Assembly (NCBI GenBank): GCA_013416795.1
Contig: RQSC01000012.1
Coordinates: 1-64,000 of the forward strand
Origin: Prasinococcaceae sp. CCMP 1430
Taxonomy: Eukaryota; Plantae; Prasinodermophyta
Direction: 5' to 3'
DNA length: 64,000 nt
Each line of letters starts with the position of its first letter. Positions within the stretch are counted from its first letter, which is position 1. The notes under the pieces are model-generated. The model saw only the letters and a program-made list of their open reading frames with translations, made no database searches and was not told the origin of the DNA. A program made the translations under genes and the position numbers. Below are positions 41,093-50,813 of this stretch, one piece after another.

Positions 41093-42472
41093 AGCGCCAC
41101 GCGGGCGAAGGCGGCGGCGGCGGGGGCGGCGGCTGCGAGCGCAGCGAAGCAGGCGACGGTGGAGAACGTGGGCGCGAGCGGCACGGGTGTGCGCATTGAT
41201 GCGCTGGCCGTCGACGCCCTCCCTGCGCTCGATGACGCGGCAGCGGACTCGCCCGGCGGCGTCACGTTCGCCGAGGCGCTCTTCAACTCGGTGAACATTT
41301 TGATGGGTGTCGGTCTTCTATCCGTTCCCTTCGCGCTCAAGGAGGGGGGCTGGGCGGCGCTGGGCGTGCTGCTCGCGCTCGGCGCGACCACAAATTACAC
41401 GGGCAAGCTGCTGATGCGCTGCCAGGAGGTCAACGTCGTGCCGCTGGGCGCCTCCAAGGCGGAGCGCCGCGAGGCGCTGCGCGTGACGACCCCGCTGCAG
41501 ACGTACGAGGACATTGGCGAGGCCGCCTTCGGGGCGAGGGGCCGCCAGTTCATCCAGTGGGTGCTCTACACCGAGCTTGTGGGCACGTGCTCGCTCTTCT
41601 ACATACTTGAGGCGGATCACCTCGAGCTGCTCTTCGGCTCCCCTGTGATCGCGCGCGAGGTGTTCACTGCGGTGTCCTTCCTGCTTTTCACGCCGACGCT
41701 GTGGCTCAGCGACCTGTCCGGGCTCGCATACGTCGGGCTCGCAGGGGTCGTGAGCTCCCTGGGGGTGGCTGGGCTGACGACGTACGACTTCGTCGTGGGC
41801 CATGGCGCCCAGGTGGCCGAGACGACCGCGGCTGCCCACATCGCGGCGCTGCCTGTGACCTTCGGCATGATCGCCTTCGTCTTCGCCGGGCACGCCGTCT
41901 TCCCCTCGATATACAGCTCGATGGAGCAGCCGGAGGAGTACGACGAGGTCCTTGACTTGACGTACGTCATCGTGGGCGTGGTGAGCCTGCTCATCGGCGG
42001 TTGCGGATACGCAGCGTACGGTGCGGGTTCGCTGGAAGAGGTGACGCTGAACTTGCCGGCGGGCCCACTGGCCGCCGCGGCGGCGTCGCTCGTGCTCGTG
42101 AACCCCTTCGCGAAATTCGCGTTGACGCTCGACCCGGTCTCCAAGCAGGTGGAGAAGGTGCTCGACATCTCAAACCGCGCTGGCTCGCCGACGAAACCGC
42201 TCGCGGTGGCCACGCGCACGTCGCTCTCGATGGCGTGCCTCGTGCTGGCCACCTCGGTGCCGAGCTTCTCGTACTGCATGTCGGTGTGCGGCTCCTTCCT
42301 GACAATGACGGTGAGCTTGATATTTCCCTCGCTGTGCTACGTGAAGCTGTACGACAAGCAGCTGGGTGCGCCGGAGAGGGCGCTCAACTGGGGTATTGTT
42401 GCCGTCGGCGGCGCCGCCAGCGTCTTCGGAACGTGGTCGGCGCTGCAGGCAATCGCAGACGCGACGGCGTAG
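41093..42472 (+). CDS. Amino acid/auxin permease (AAAP) family transporter, AVT1-like
   Basis: TFAEALFNSVNILMGVGLLSVPFALKEGGW, TYEDIGEAAFG, FVFAGHAVFPSIYSSM, NPFAKFALTL. Frame is open from 41093 after a TAG (possible acceptor). First exon not found. Confidence 0.92.
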   Translation, partial: SATRAKAAAAGAAAASAAKQATVENVGASGTGVRIDALAVDALPALDDAAADSPGGVTFAEALFNSVNILMGVGLLSVPFALKEGGWAALGVLLALGATTNYTGKLLMRCQEVNVVPLGASKAERREALRVTTPLQTYEDIGEAAFGARGRQFIQWVLYTELVGTCSLFYILEADHLELLFGSPVIAREVFTAVSFLLFTPTLWLSDLSGLAYVGLAGVVSSLGVAGLTTYDFVVGHGAQVAETTAAAHIAALPVTFGMIAFVFAGHAVFPSIYSSMEQPEEYDEVLDLTYVIVGVVSLLIGGCGYAAYGAGSLEEVTLNLPAGPLAAAAASLVLVNPFAKFALTLDPVSKQVEKVLDISNRAGSPTKPLAVATRTSLSMACLVLATSVPSFSYCMSVCGSFLTMTVSLIFPSLCYVKLYDKQLGAPERALNWGIVAVGGAASVFGTWSALQAIADATA

Positions 42473-42799
42473 GGCGCAGCGCGCTCGCCTGCCTGCTCCC
42501 AGGACGCAGAAACCTCTGGCGGGGGCACGCATCCTCCAAGAAAGCTTCATCCAACGCGGCAGGTCGAACAAGTCACAAGCGACCAACCGTTTCGATGAAA
42601 TGTAAAATAGTGACGTCGCAAGGCGTTCTTCATGGGAATTGGCGGCAGCGAAATCTTTTGCGCGCCGCGTGGCGCACTCTCCACGCGCGCATGCGCGCTT
42701 CCGGGCTTCGGAGGGGGGTGCCCGGGCGCGGGCGCGGGCGTGGGCGCGCGACGCCGCGCGAGCGCGCCTGCTCGCCACAGCCTGCCCGCCCAGCGTTGC

Positions 42800-44162
42800 A
42801 TGTTGCAGGCGATCTGCTCATCGGCGCGCAGGAGGGCCGCGCAGGCAACAGCTGCCGCCGCCGCTGCCGCACTCCGCGTGCAGCCAGCGCGCGCGTCCTC
42901 GGCCTCGTCAGTGGCGGCGCCGCCGCGCGAGAACTCGATGATGAAGCTCCCCGAGAACGCCGAGTACTGCTCGAGCTGCATCCTGCCCACGGACTGGGCA
43001 GAGGTGCCGCTCGTGTCGAAGAAGAAGTACAACCACGACAGCACCGTCTTCACCTTCGGCCTGCCCGAGGGCAAGTCGCTCTCGCTGGTGCGTCTGCCGC
43101 GAGCCGCCGCTGCGCGCGTGTCGCGAGGACGGCCGTGCACCGCGCTGCGCCGCCATTGGATCTAGTTCGGTGCTGCGCGCGCCCCGCGCTGACGCCGCGC
43201 GTACCCCGACGCGCGATTCCCAGCCGGTGTGCGCGTGCGTGCTGCTGCGCGGCTACGACGCCAAGGGCGAGGTCGCCGTGCGCCCGTACACACCGACGAG
43301 CTCCAACGACGTCAAGGGCTCTTTCGACCTGCTCGTCAAGGTCTATGAGAACGGCACCGTGTCGAAGTGGCTCGATGGCCTCGAGATGGGGGCGCCGGTG
43401 GGGTTCAAGCACATCCCCTTCAATATGTGCGTTCGCGTTGCCTGTGGTGCGATCGCGGATTCGTTCCATCCTGCCCCTTTTGCCCCGGCTGCCGCGTCGC
43501 CGGTGCACGCAAGGGCAGCGCAAGAGACAGCTGCTGACGCCCCACTCCCTCCCTCCACACGCACGCACCTGTGAATCCGCCCTTCGGCCCTGCAGCAAGG
43601 CGCAGTACCCCTTCGGCAAGAAGACCATTACGATGATTGCGGGCGGCACGGGCATCACGCCCATGTACCAGGCGCTGCAGCTCCTCGCGCAGAGCGACGA
43701 CGCCACCGAGGTGACGCTGCTGTACGGCAACAAGAGCCCGGCCGACGTCCTGCTCAAGGACGAGCTGGATGAGCTCGCCAAGAAGTCGAGCGGGCGCATC
43801 AAGATTGTTAACGTCGTGGGCGAGCGCCCCGATCAGCCGCCCATCGAGGGCTGGGATGGCGAGCTGGGGTACGTCGTCGTGCGCCTGCTTTGCGTCGCGC
43901 GCGTCTGACGCGCCCCCATTGCCCGGCGCCCGAGTTGCGAGCTGCTGACCCAGCTCGACGACTGCCCGCCCTCCGCAGCTGGGTGGACAAGGCCAAGCTG
44001 GAGAAGTACGCGCACAAACCGAGTGAGGACACCATGGTCATGGTGTGTGGCCTGCCCGTGATGTACGACGTGTTCTGTGGCCCACGCGGCGAGAAGGAGC
44101 TCAAGGAGGGCACCGTGCTGCACCAGCTCGGCTACACCACCGAAATGGTCGCCAAGTTCTAG
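42800..44162 (+). CDS. NADH-cytochrome b5 reductase family flavoprotein with transit peptide
   Basis: Introns 43088-43223, 43427-43595 and 43869-43978 join in frame. Motifs NHDSTVFTFGLP, RPYTP, LLVKVY, HIPFNIK, MIAGGTGITPMYQ, LLYGN, VCGLP. Confidence 0.93.
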
Positions 44163-44962
44163 AGAGAGGGGAAACGACAAAGAAAGAGGGAGAGGGAGAG
44201 CGAGCCGTATTCTCCACGCGAGCGCTGCCAGCAGGCGCAGTGCCGACCACATATCTTGTCAGACTCCGTTTGCTACGTGTGGGCACGAGCTCCCGAGTGC
44301 CAGCCAGGCTCGCAGGCCAGGCGCCAGCGCCATCACTGTTTCTGCTGCGGCAGGTGCACCGGCACTCGCTGGCGCCGGCGCCAGTGCGGTCCATCGCTGC
44401 TCATTGCTGTCGCTGGCCCGCGCCTGCCCCCCTGCGCCCGAGCGCGTGGATCCGCGAACGGTTCGGGTTTGCAAACGATCGGAACACGGCCCGCCCGGCC
44501 CTCGCGCGCACACACACAGGTCAGAACGCATGGAAGCACTGCGTATCACAGGGTCTATCTGTGCGCCGGCGCGGACGACGTTCCCCACCAGCGCCCGCGC
44601 TGTGGCATTTGGGGTCAAGCGATCGCGCGACGCGAAAAACGCGACGAAATTGCCGTCTCCCCGGCACGCGCAGCCATCAAATCGCATGCGCGCCTAAATT
44701 GCATTTTTTAATTCCTTTTTTTGTGCGTGCGGCGGCTGGCCGCTGCGGGCTGTGCGGGTTGGCACGAGGCGGTGTGGCGAGGGGGACAGGGTGAGGGGCG
44801 CGCTCGGGCGCACCAGAGAGGCCGCGCGTTGCGCGGCCTCTCGGGCGCCTCGATCGATCTCGTCCGTCCGCTCTCTCCGCCTTCCACACCTCTCTCCGCC
44901 CCTCTCCTCCCCACCTCCGTTGTAGGGCGCGCCTCGCGCCCGCACGAGCGGCGGGTGCGGCG

Positions 44963-45625
44963 ATGCCGACGCGCCCGCGCGCACGCGCGCGCGTTGCCCT
45001 AGCCGCGTGCGCCGTGGCGGTGGCGGCAGCGGCCGCTGCGCTGGTGCCCGCGGGAGCGCACGCGGAGGGGGCCGCGCAGCGGGAGTGCGATGTGGTTGGG
45101 ATTGGCAGCGGGTTGATGGATGGCGAGCCCGCGCCCAGCAAGCAGCCCGGCGGTGGAGCGCCAATGGTGAACTCGCTCGCAGCGATGCGCACCAAGGCGC
45201 GTGATGAGGGCGAACGCGAGGCGGCGGACATCGCAGCGGCGACGCCCCCGCCGCGGCCTATTTCGCTCGCGGAAGCCGCGAGATCTTTCACGAGCGATGT
45301 GCGTGAGCTAGCCGAGCTCGTCGACGAGTTCCTCGCCGCTGAGGGCGATGGCGCCGATGTGCGCTTTCGTGCGTTGCTCGATCGCCGCTCGAAGAGGGAG
45401 CGCAAGATGCTCAGCGACGTGCTCGACTTCGTGCTGCAGATCGAGTACATGGTCCTGGCGTTCGCGGTCGGAGCGATTCTTCTCGGCGGACGCAGCGGTC
45501 CCAAAAAGGACAAGGGAGACGCATCCGATCCTGCGTCCGGCGGCGCGGAGCCGGAGGCAGGGGGAGAGCCGGTGCCGCTGCAGACACGAGCGGTGCGGAA
45601 CGCGAGCACGGACGTCGCCCGATGA
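44963..45625 (+). CDS. Hypothetical membrane protein (signal/transit peptide plus one TM helix)
   Basis: Hydrophobic VALAACAVAVAAAAAALVPAGAHA and a second hydrophobic stretch VLDFVLQIEYMVLAFAVGAILLGG. Coding-like middle region. Confidence 0.65.
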   Translation: MPTRPRARARVALAACAVAVAAAAAALVPAGAHAEGAAQRECDVVGIGSGLMDGEPAPSKQPGGGAPMVNSLAAMRTKARDEGEREAADIAAATPPPRPISLAEAARSFTSDVRELAELVDEFLAAEGDGADVRFRALLDRRSKRERKMLSDVLDFVLQIEYMVLAFAVGAILLGGRSGPKKDKGDASDPASGGAEPEAGGEPVPLQTRAVRNASTDVAR

Positions 45626-45742
45626 GTGACCTACGACGGCCCGGCGAGCGGGCGGGCGGCATGGCGTATCAGCGGCGCACTTCACTCTGGTGTGGTTACT
45701 CAGGTGCGGCCGATTTGCCCTCAGCGACTGCGCGCTCCCCCC

Positions 45743-45827
45743 GTGCCATGATGACCAAAAACGATCAAGCCAGTTCTGCTACTGAACTTCATTGACGAGC
45801 CAATCGTTTACAGTGACTTCTGAGCAC
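45743..45827 (+). ncRNA. Box C/D snoRNA, U38/snR61-like
   Basis: Terminal stem GTGC/GCAC, C box ATGATGA 45748-54, D' CTGA 45782-85, C'-like TTGACGA 45792-98, D CTGA 45820-23. Guide GCCAGTTCTGCT (45769-80) is antisense to conserved LSU AGCAGAACUGGC. Confidence 0.88.
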
Positions 45828-46069
45828 TCGACGGCGCCTAGCTGCCGGACCGCTGTGCCGTGCAGGAACGCTGCCCGACTGGCCGCCCGCTGACGCGCCT
45901 CGCCCTTACGTGCCCCCTTACAGGCTACCATTGAATGGAACGATCCCCCTTCTGCACGGCTGCCTGACGAATCCCTCCGCGCAAGCGCAAGCTCATCGGG
46001 GCCGTCATCTCTTCGCCGCGAGGTACGCCCAGCAGCAGCAGCGCGGCCGCGGCGCCCTGCGCGCCGCTC

Positions 46070-46164
46070 GCTGGCGATGATGAAGATATTACCCGCGCTC
46101 CTGAATCTTGATGCACAACTGGTACTATTTTTTATGAATTTCTTCACGTTCAACATGAGCCAGC
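46070..46164 (+). ncRNA. Box C/D snoRNA, U36/snR47-like
   Basis: Terminal stem GCTGGC/GCCAGC, C box ATGATGA 46077-83, D' CTGA 46101-04, variant D box ATGA 46155-58. TTACCCGCGCT (46089-99) is antisense to LSU AGCGCGGGUAA. TGAATTTCTTCAC (46135-47) is antisense to LSU GUGAAGAAAUUCA. Confidence 0.85.
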
Positions 46165-46538
46165 AAAGACGACGACGGCCTCGGCCGACGCCGATCGCTG
46201 GTGGCCGCGCCTGTTACTGAGAGAAGCGGCCGGTCGTGCTGACACGATGCCGCACGCGCGTCGCAGGGCAGCCGACCTACCATCGCTTAACCATTGTACC
46301 ACAGCGACGCCTGGAGCACACATGTACAATACTCTTCGACGGCGTCTGAATCTGTAACTACTTGCTTGATATAGGCACGACACAATGAAGAAGCGCGAGC
46401 CGCCGCCTGTGCTTTGGACTGGCGGTGCGCCGGGCCAGGTAGCCTCTTCGAGCGCGCGAGAGAGCGAGCGAGCAGGCGAGCGGAGCAGTCGTGCTTTTTG
46501 GTCTTTTTCTTATTTATTCACAGCGGGCAGCGAGGTGT

Positions 46539-46787
46539 CTACTCGACGTTCGTCGCGCGGGTGTACACGTACTGCGAGCTGTGCTTGCACACCGGGCGGA
46601 TGAGGTCCTTCTCCACGAGCAGGTGGATGGCCTTGCGCGCGAGCGAGCCGTTGATGCGCAGGCGGTCCGAGAGGATCGACGGGGTGATCATCTTGTACTT
46701 GGGCACCTCAGCCATGAGCTTGTCGAACGTGTTCTTGTCGAACAGCACCAGGTTGTTCACCTTCTCCTTGACCTTGCCCTTGGACCA
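46539..46787 (-). CDS. RPS25: 40S ribosomal protein eS25, 3' exon only
   Basis: After an acceptor CACAG: [54 protein letters not shown]...YTRAT. No N-terminal exon found. Confidence 0.92.
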   Translation of the reverse strand, partial: WSKGKVKEKVNNLVLFDKNTFDKLMAEVPKYKMITPSILSDRLRINGSLARKAIHLLVEKDLIRPVCKHSSQYVYTRATNVE

Positions 46788-47453
46788 CTGTGCTCATGGC
46801 GCACAAGGACGCCTGTGTCAGAAGGCTGTGCAAACACGCGGCGCGACGCCTCCTAGCGCCGCACTACGCCTAGGGCGCGCCTCGCCTCGCCCGACACGCG
46901 CCGGCGGGAGCGCACGCGGGCGGGTGCGCGCAATAGTGGCCACACGCCAGAGGCGGGACAACAGGCCAGGCCTCACGTCCCCACACGCGCATGGGCAATC
47001 GCGCCGTCGTGGCAGCACGCCCGAGGCGGGGCCGCCGGCGCGCTGCGGCGCCCCAGCGCGAGCTACACCCACGCCCAGGCCAGCGCGTGGGCGAAACCCT
47101 TCGGCAGCACCACCCACGAACCGCGGGATGATGCGCAAACCCACGCGCGCGGGGTAGGCCGCGCGCGCGCGCCGCGCGCCATCCGGCCCCGCGCGCGGCG
47201 CTCGCCGCCGCCACCGCCGAGGAGGTCCGCGAGACCGCCATCTCCAACCGCGGCGCGACCCCCACCCTTCGCCTCCGCCGCGCCCTTCCGCCCCGCTGCT
47301 GGCCGCGCCCACCCCGCGCGCGCGCTCTGTGGCCCGCCGGCCCCCCCGTCCCCCTGGATGGATAGAATCCGGATCTCGTTCCGCCGCCCCGCTTTCGCCC
47401 GCCCGCAACTTTCGCGCGCGCGAACCGGCGACCGTCCGCCTCCGGGCCGCCCG

Positions 47454-47464
47454 TTTTAGGGTTC
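47454..47464. promoter_or_regulatory. Telo-box-like element in the RPS25/RPS9 divergent intergenic region
   Basis: TTTTAGGGTTC here and TCAGGGTTT at 47738-46. Telo-boxes (AAACCCTA) are known from plant ribosomal-protein promoters. Confidence 0.4.
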
Positions 47465-48096
47465 GTTCGGCGCTCCGAAGGGTCCATTTCATACGTCACG
47501 ACACACCTCGCCCCCGCGCGGGGCTCGCCGGCGCGCCGCCCGCCGGCGGCTGGTTTTCGCGGCGAGCAATTTCGCGCGCATTTCGCGCCGGCGCTCCGCT
47601 CTCTGAGCCGTCAGAACCCACGCGCTCGCCTTTTCGCGCTCGCGCAGGGGAGATGACGTGCGGCGTTCCCAATGCAATTTGACCTCGCCAAGTTCTGGCG
47701 GCGTCCGCTTCGGTGGGGGTCGGCATCCGCCCGGAAATCAGGGTTTACAAATACGCGGTTTCGACGCACGTCCCCTCCGTAGGACTTCCGAATCGCATGT
47801 GTTACTTCGTCGGTGCGGTAACGCCGCGCGCCCGTCAATGCCGCAATGCGCGTTGCGCCTGTGTTTGGGTTTCCTTTTGACCGCAACTCCGCGCGCGCGC
47901 GCGCGCGCGGCCCCGCCAGCCGCCGCGCGGGCGATCAGCGCGGGAACCACGGGCTGCATTTCGGCGGCGGCTGAGGCGGCCAGCGCCCTGCGGGAAGCAG
48001 GCGGCGAGCCACAGGTTGCGCGCGCGAGCGCTGGCGGGGGCTTTGCTTGCGCGGGCGCGGCGCCACAGCGAGTGCGACGCGCGCCCGCCTGCCACC

Positions 48097-49596
48097 ATGG
48101 TGAAGGTTGCCAACTTCCGCAACCGTACGTAGCGCGCGAAGAGGAGGCGAGTGGCTCGGGGAGGGGGCGGCGGAGGGCGCGCGGCTGTGCGGCAGCGGCG
48201 GCCGCACGGCGGCGGCGGCCCCTCGCCTCCCCCTTTTTTTCCTTCCCTTTTCCTCTTTTTTTTTGATGGCGTTTCGAGCCGCCGCCGCGCGCGCACGAGG
48301 GGGGTGGGGAGCGCGGGGGAGGCGGGCCCCGCCGCGCGCACGAGGGGTTGGCCCTGCCGCGCCGCGGGGTTGAATATTGGGGGCGACAGGCGGTCGTAGC
48401 GATCCCAGCGGGCGTCGTTCGCCGCGCGCTCGCGGCAGGGACGCGCCGCGCGCGCGCGCGCGCGATGGGGAGGCAGCGCTCGTATGCGCGCGTGCTGTTT
48501 TTTTTATTTGCCGCGTGCGCGTCGAGCCCCGAGACCACCAACCCTAGCGGGGTGCACGCGGCCGCCGGCCCCAGCGCGGAGGCGGCCAGGCAGGCAGTGG
48601 TGGTGCACGCATGGGTTCCGCCGCCTCGCAGCGTGAATCGCGCCGCCACAGCCCCGCCACGGCCCCGTGATCGCCTGCGCACCGCAGCTGCGCTGCCGCT
48701 GCTTCGCATCGCCTGGGACGCGTGCTGACTCGGGCCCGCTGTGCGCCCGCAACAACAGATGGCAAGACCTTCAAGAAGCCGCGCCGCCCGTTCGAGAAGG
48801 AGCGCCTCGACCAGGAGATGAAGATCCTCGGCGAGTACGGCCTCCGCGCGAAGCGTGAGCTCTGGCGCGTGCAGTTCGTGCTGTCCAAGCTCCGCAATGC
48901 CGCCCGGTACGTCGAACAGCGCCGCGCCACACACCGCGCGACGCGGCACTGCGCTTGCCTTGATGCGCTGCGCGCGCTCCGGCTCTGCCCGGCCCAGGCA
49001 ACCCACGGCGGCCTCGCCGGAACAGAACGACGAGCGGGTGTGCAGCTGGACGGTCGGGCCGACGAACCGCAGCAGCATCCCCCACCCCCACCACCAGCAA
49101 GCTCGGCGCTAGGCCGCCGCCCGTGCGTCGAGCCCGCGCTGACCCCTACCGCTGCACGCTTGCACCGCACCCAACCACGAATAGTACCCTGCTCACCCTC
49201 CCGGAGAAGGACCCCAAGCGCATCTTCGAGGGCAACGCCATCATGCGCCGCTGCCACCGCTACGGCATCCTCGACGAGGCGCAGGACGATCTTAACTTTG
49301 TGCTGGCCCTGCAGCCGCAGGCCTTCCTGGAGCGCCGCCTGCAGACCCTCGTGTTCAAGCTGGGTCTCGCTAAGTCGGTGCACCACGCGCGCGTGCTTAT
49401 CAAGCAGCGCCACATCCGCGTGGGCAAGCAGATCGTGAACGTGCCGTCGTTCATGGTGCGCGTTGAGTCGCAGAAGCACATCGACTTCGCGCTCACGTCC
49501 TGCTTCGGCGGCGGCCGCCCGGGCCGCAACAAGAGGAAGGCGCTCGCCGCCAAGGCCGCCCGCAAGGCCGGCGAGGGCGACGAGGACGAGGACTAG
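48097..49596 (+). CDS. RPS9: 40S ribosomal protein uS4 (S9)
   Basis: Exons 48097-48124, 48759-48906 and 49185-49596 give [27 protein letters not shown]...[46 protein letters not shown]...GGGRPGR. Confidence 0.98.
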
Positions 49597-50335
49597 ACAC
49601 CCGGCCCTCCGCCTCTCACGCTGCAGCTGCTGACAAATGTTAAGAAAGAGCCCTCGCGCGACGGCGCGGGGTGTGACACAACAATCCCCCAATGAAGAAG
49701 CGGCGCGTAGCTGCGGCCAAGCCAGCCAGCTGGACGGACGGCCAGTGATTTTAACCCGGCCGTGCGCCGCGCCGTGTGTGTAGGACAACGTTGGCACGGA
49801 GGCGGGCAGCAGCAAAGAGCGCCGCGCGCCGAGGTCGTCCTGACCCTGGTCTACGCGCGACCACCCGCATTCTCATCCGGATCTTTTAACACAAACCCGG
49901 TCTAGCAGGAGGAGACCATGTTGTGATGGCCTGTCCCCGTTGTTTTTCGGGAGGTGTGTTTTGATTCGGCGACGCGTTCGAAAGTTATTCGGCGGCGGGA
50001 ATCGGCGTGCTTGAGCGCGCGCGCCCCTTGCGCTGCGGCGGGCCCCCGTGGCCGCCACCGTCGCCGCCACACTCGACGCGCTCGCCAGCGAGCGGGCGGC
50101 GAGGCGGCTGCGGCTGTAGGGAGCGCCGGCGCGGTGCGTGGATTGACCTGACGCCTCCTGCGGGGGCGCCGCCACTCTGCGCCCCAGGGGTGACGCTCAG
50201 CGTCGCGGCAGGCGCCAGGGGCGGCCCAGCTGGAGGCGGGCAGCTCCGCGTGGCGGCGGGCGAGGTTGGGCCAGGGGCGGGGATCGGGCGTTTGGAGACG
50301 GCTACATCCCGGCGCGTATGTGCTCGCAGCTAGGC

Positions 50336-50698
50336 ATGAAGCGCTCGCTCGACTCAGAGGGCGCGGCCTGCGTGGCTGGCCCGACCCGTGGGTCCAAGGC
50401 GACGCACATCGACTGGGACGCGATCCACAGCCGCACGCTCGAGCGCATGGGTGCGGCGCAGCGGCTGCAGGCGCAGCTGCACAAGCTCGCCCCTGCCGAC
50501 GCCGCGGCAATGGTGGCTCCATCAGAAGCGCCGTGCGCGGGGACGTGCGCTCACTGCGCGCGCGAGGCCCGGGCGTGTGGCGGACGGCTCGTAGCGTGCT
50601 GCGGGTGCGGGGAGGAGTTCTGCTCGCTGTGCTCAGTTCTCGACTACTCACGCGGGCGAGACACGGTGTCCATGTGCTTCGAGTGCCGGAGGAGATAA
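50336..50698 (+). CDS. Siva-like Cys-rich zinc-finger protein
   Basis: C-terminal CAHC..C..CCGCGEEFCSLCSVLDY...CFEC matches the Siva C-terminal Cys spacing. Confidence 0.55.
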   Translation: MKRSLDSEGAACVAGPTRGSKATHIDWDAIHSRTLERMGAAQRLQAQLHKLAPADAAAMVAPSEAPCAGTCAHCAREARACGGRLVACCGCGEEFCSLCSVLDYSRGRDTVSMCFECRRR

Positions 50699-50813
50699 CA
50701 CGAACGAATATAATTACTGTACTTATGGCGTGGCTGTGGGGCCAACTGAAGGCTGCTTACAGCGAGACGCCCGCGCCAGCACCGCGGTGAGGCCCATAGC
50801 CCGCACGCCCCAG

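Larger units (their letters stand above)
45661..46357 (+). ncRNA. Spliced snoRNA host gene (3 exons, 17-codon ORF only)
   Basis: Introns 45704-45923 (GTGCGG; CTGAC 45890; TTACAG) and 46023-46266 (GTACGC; CTGAC 46239; CGCAG). TGTAA at 46353. Spliced ORF MAYQRRTSLWCGYSGYH* stops in exon 2. 5' end not defined. Confidence 0.7.

Noticed and set aside
46383-49703. Shared 13-mer CAATGAAGAAGCG at about 46383 and 49690
   Set aside because: A single short match with no flanking similarity. Compatible with chance.
49740-49960. Hairpins and TTTTAAC motifs downstream of RPS9 suggesting an H/ACA RNA
   Set aside because: No ANANNA hinge or terminal ACA in the correct positions.
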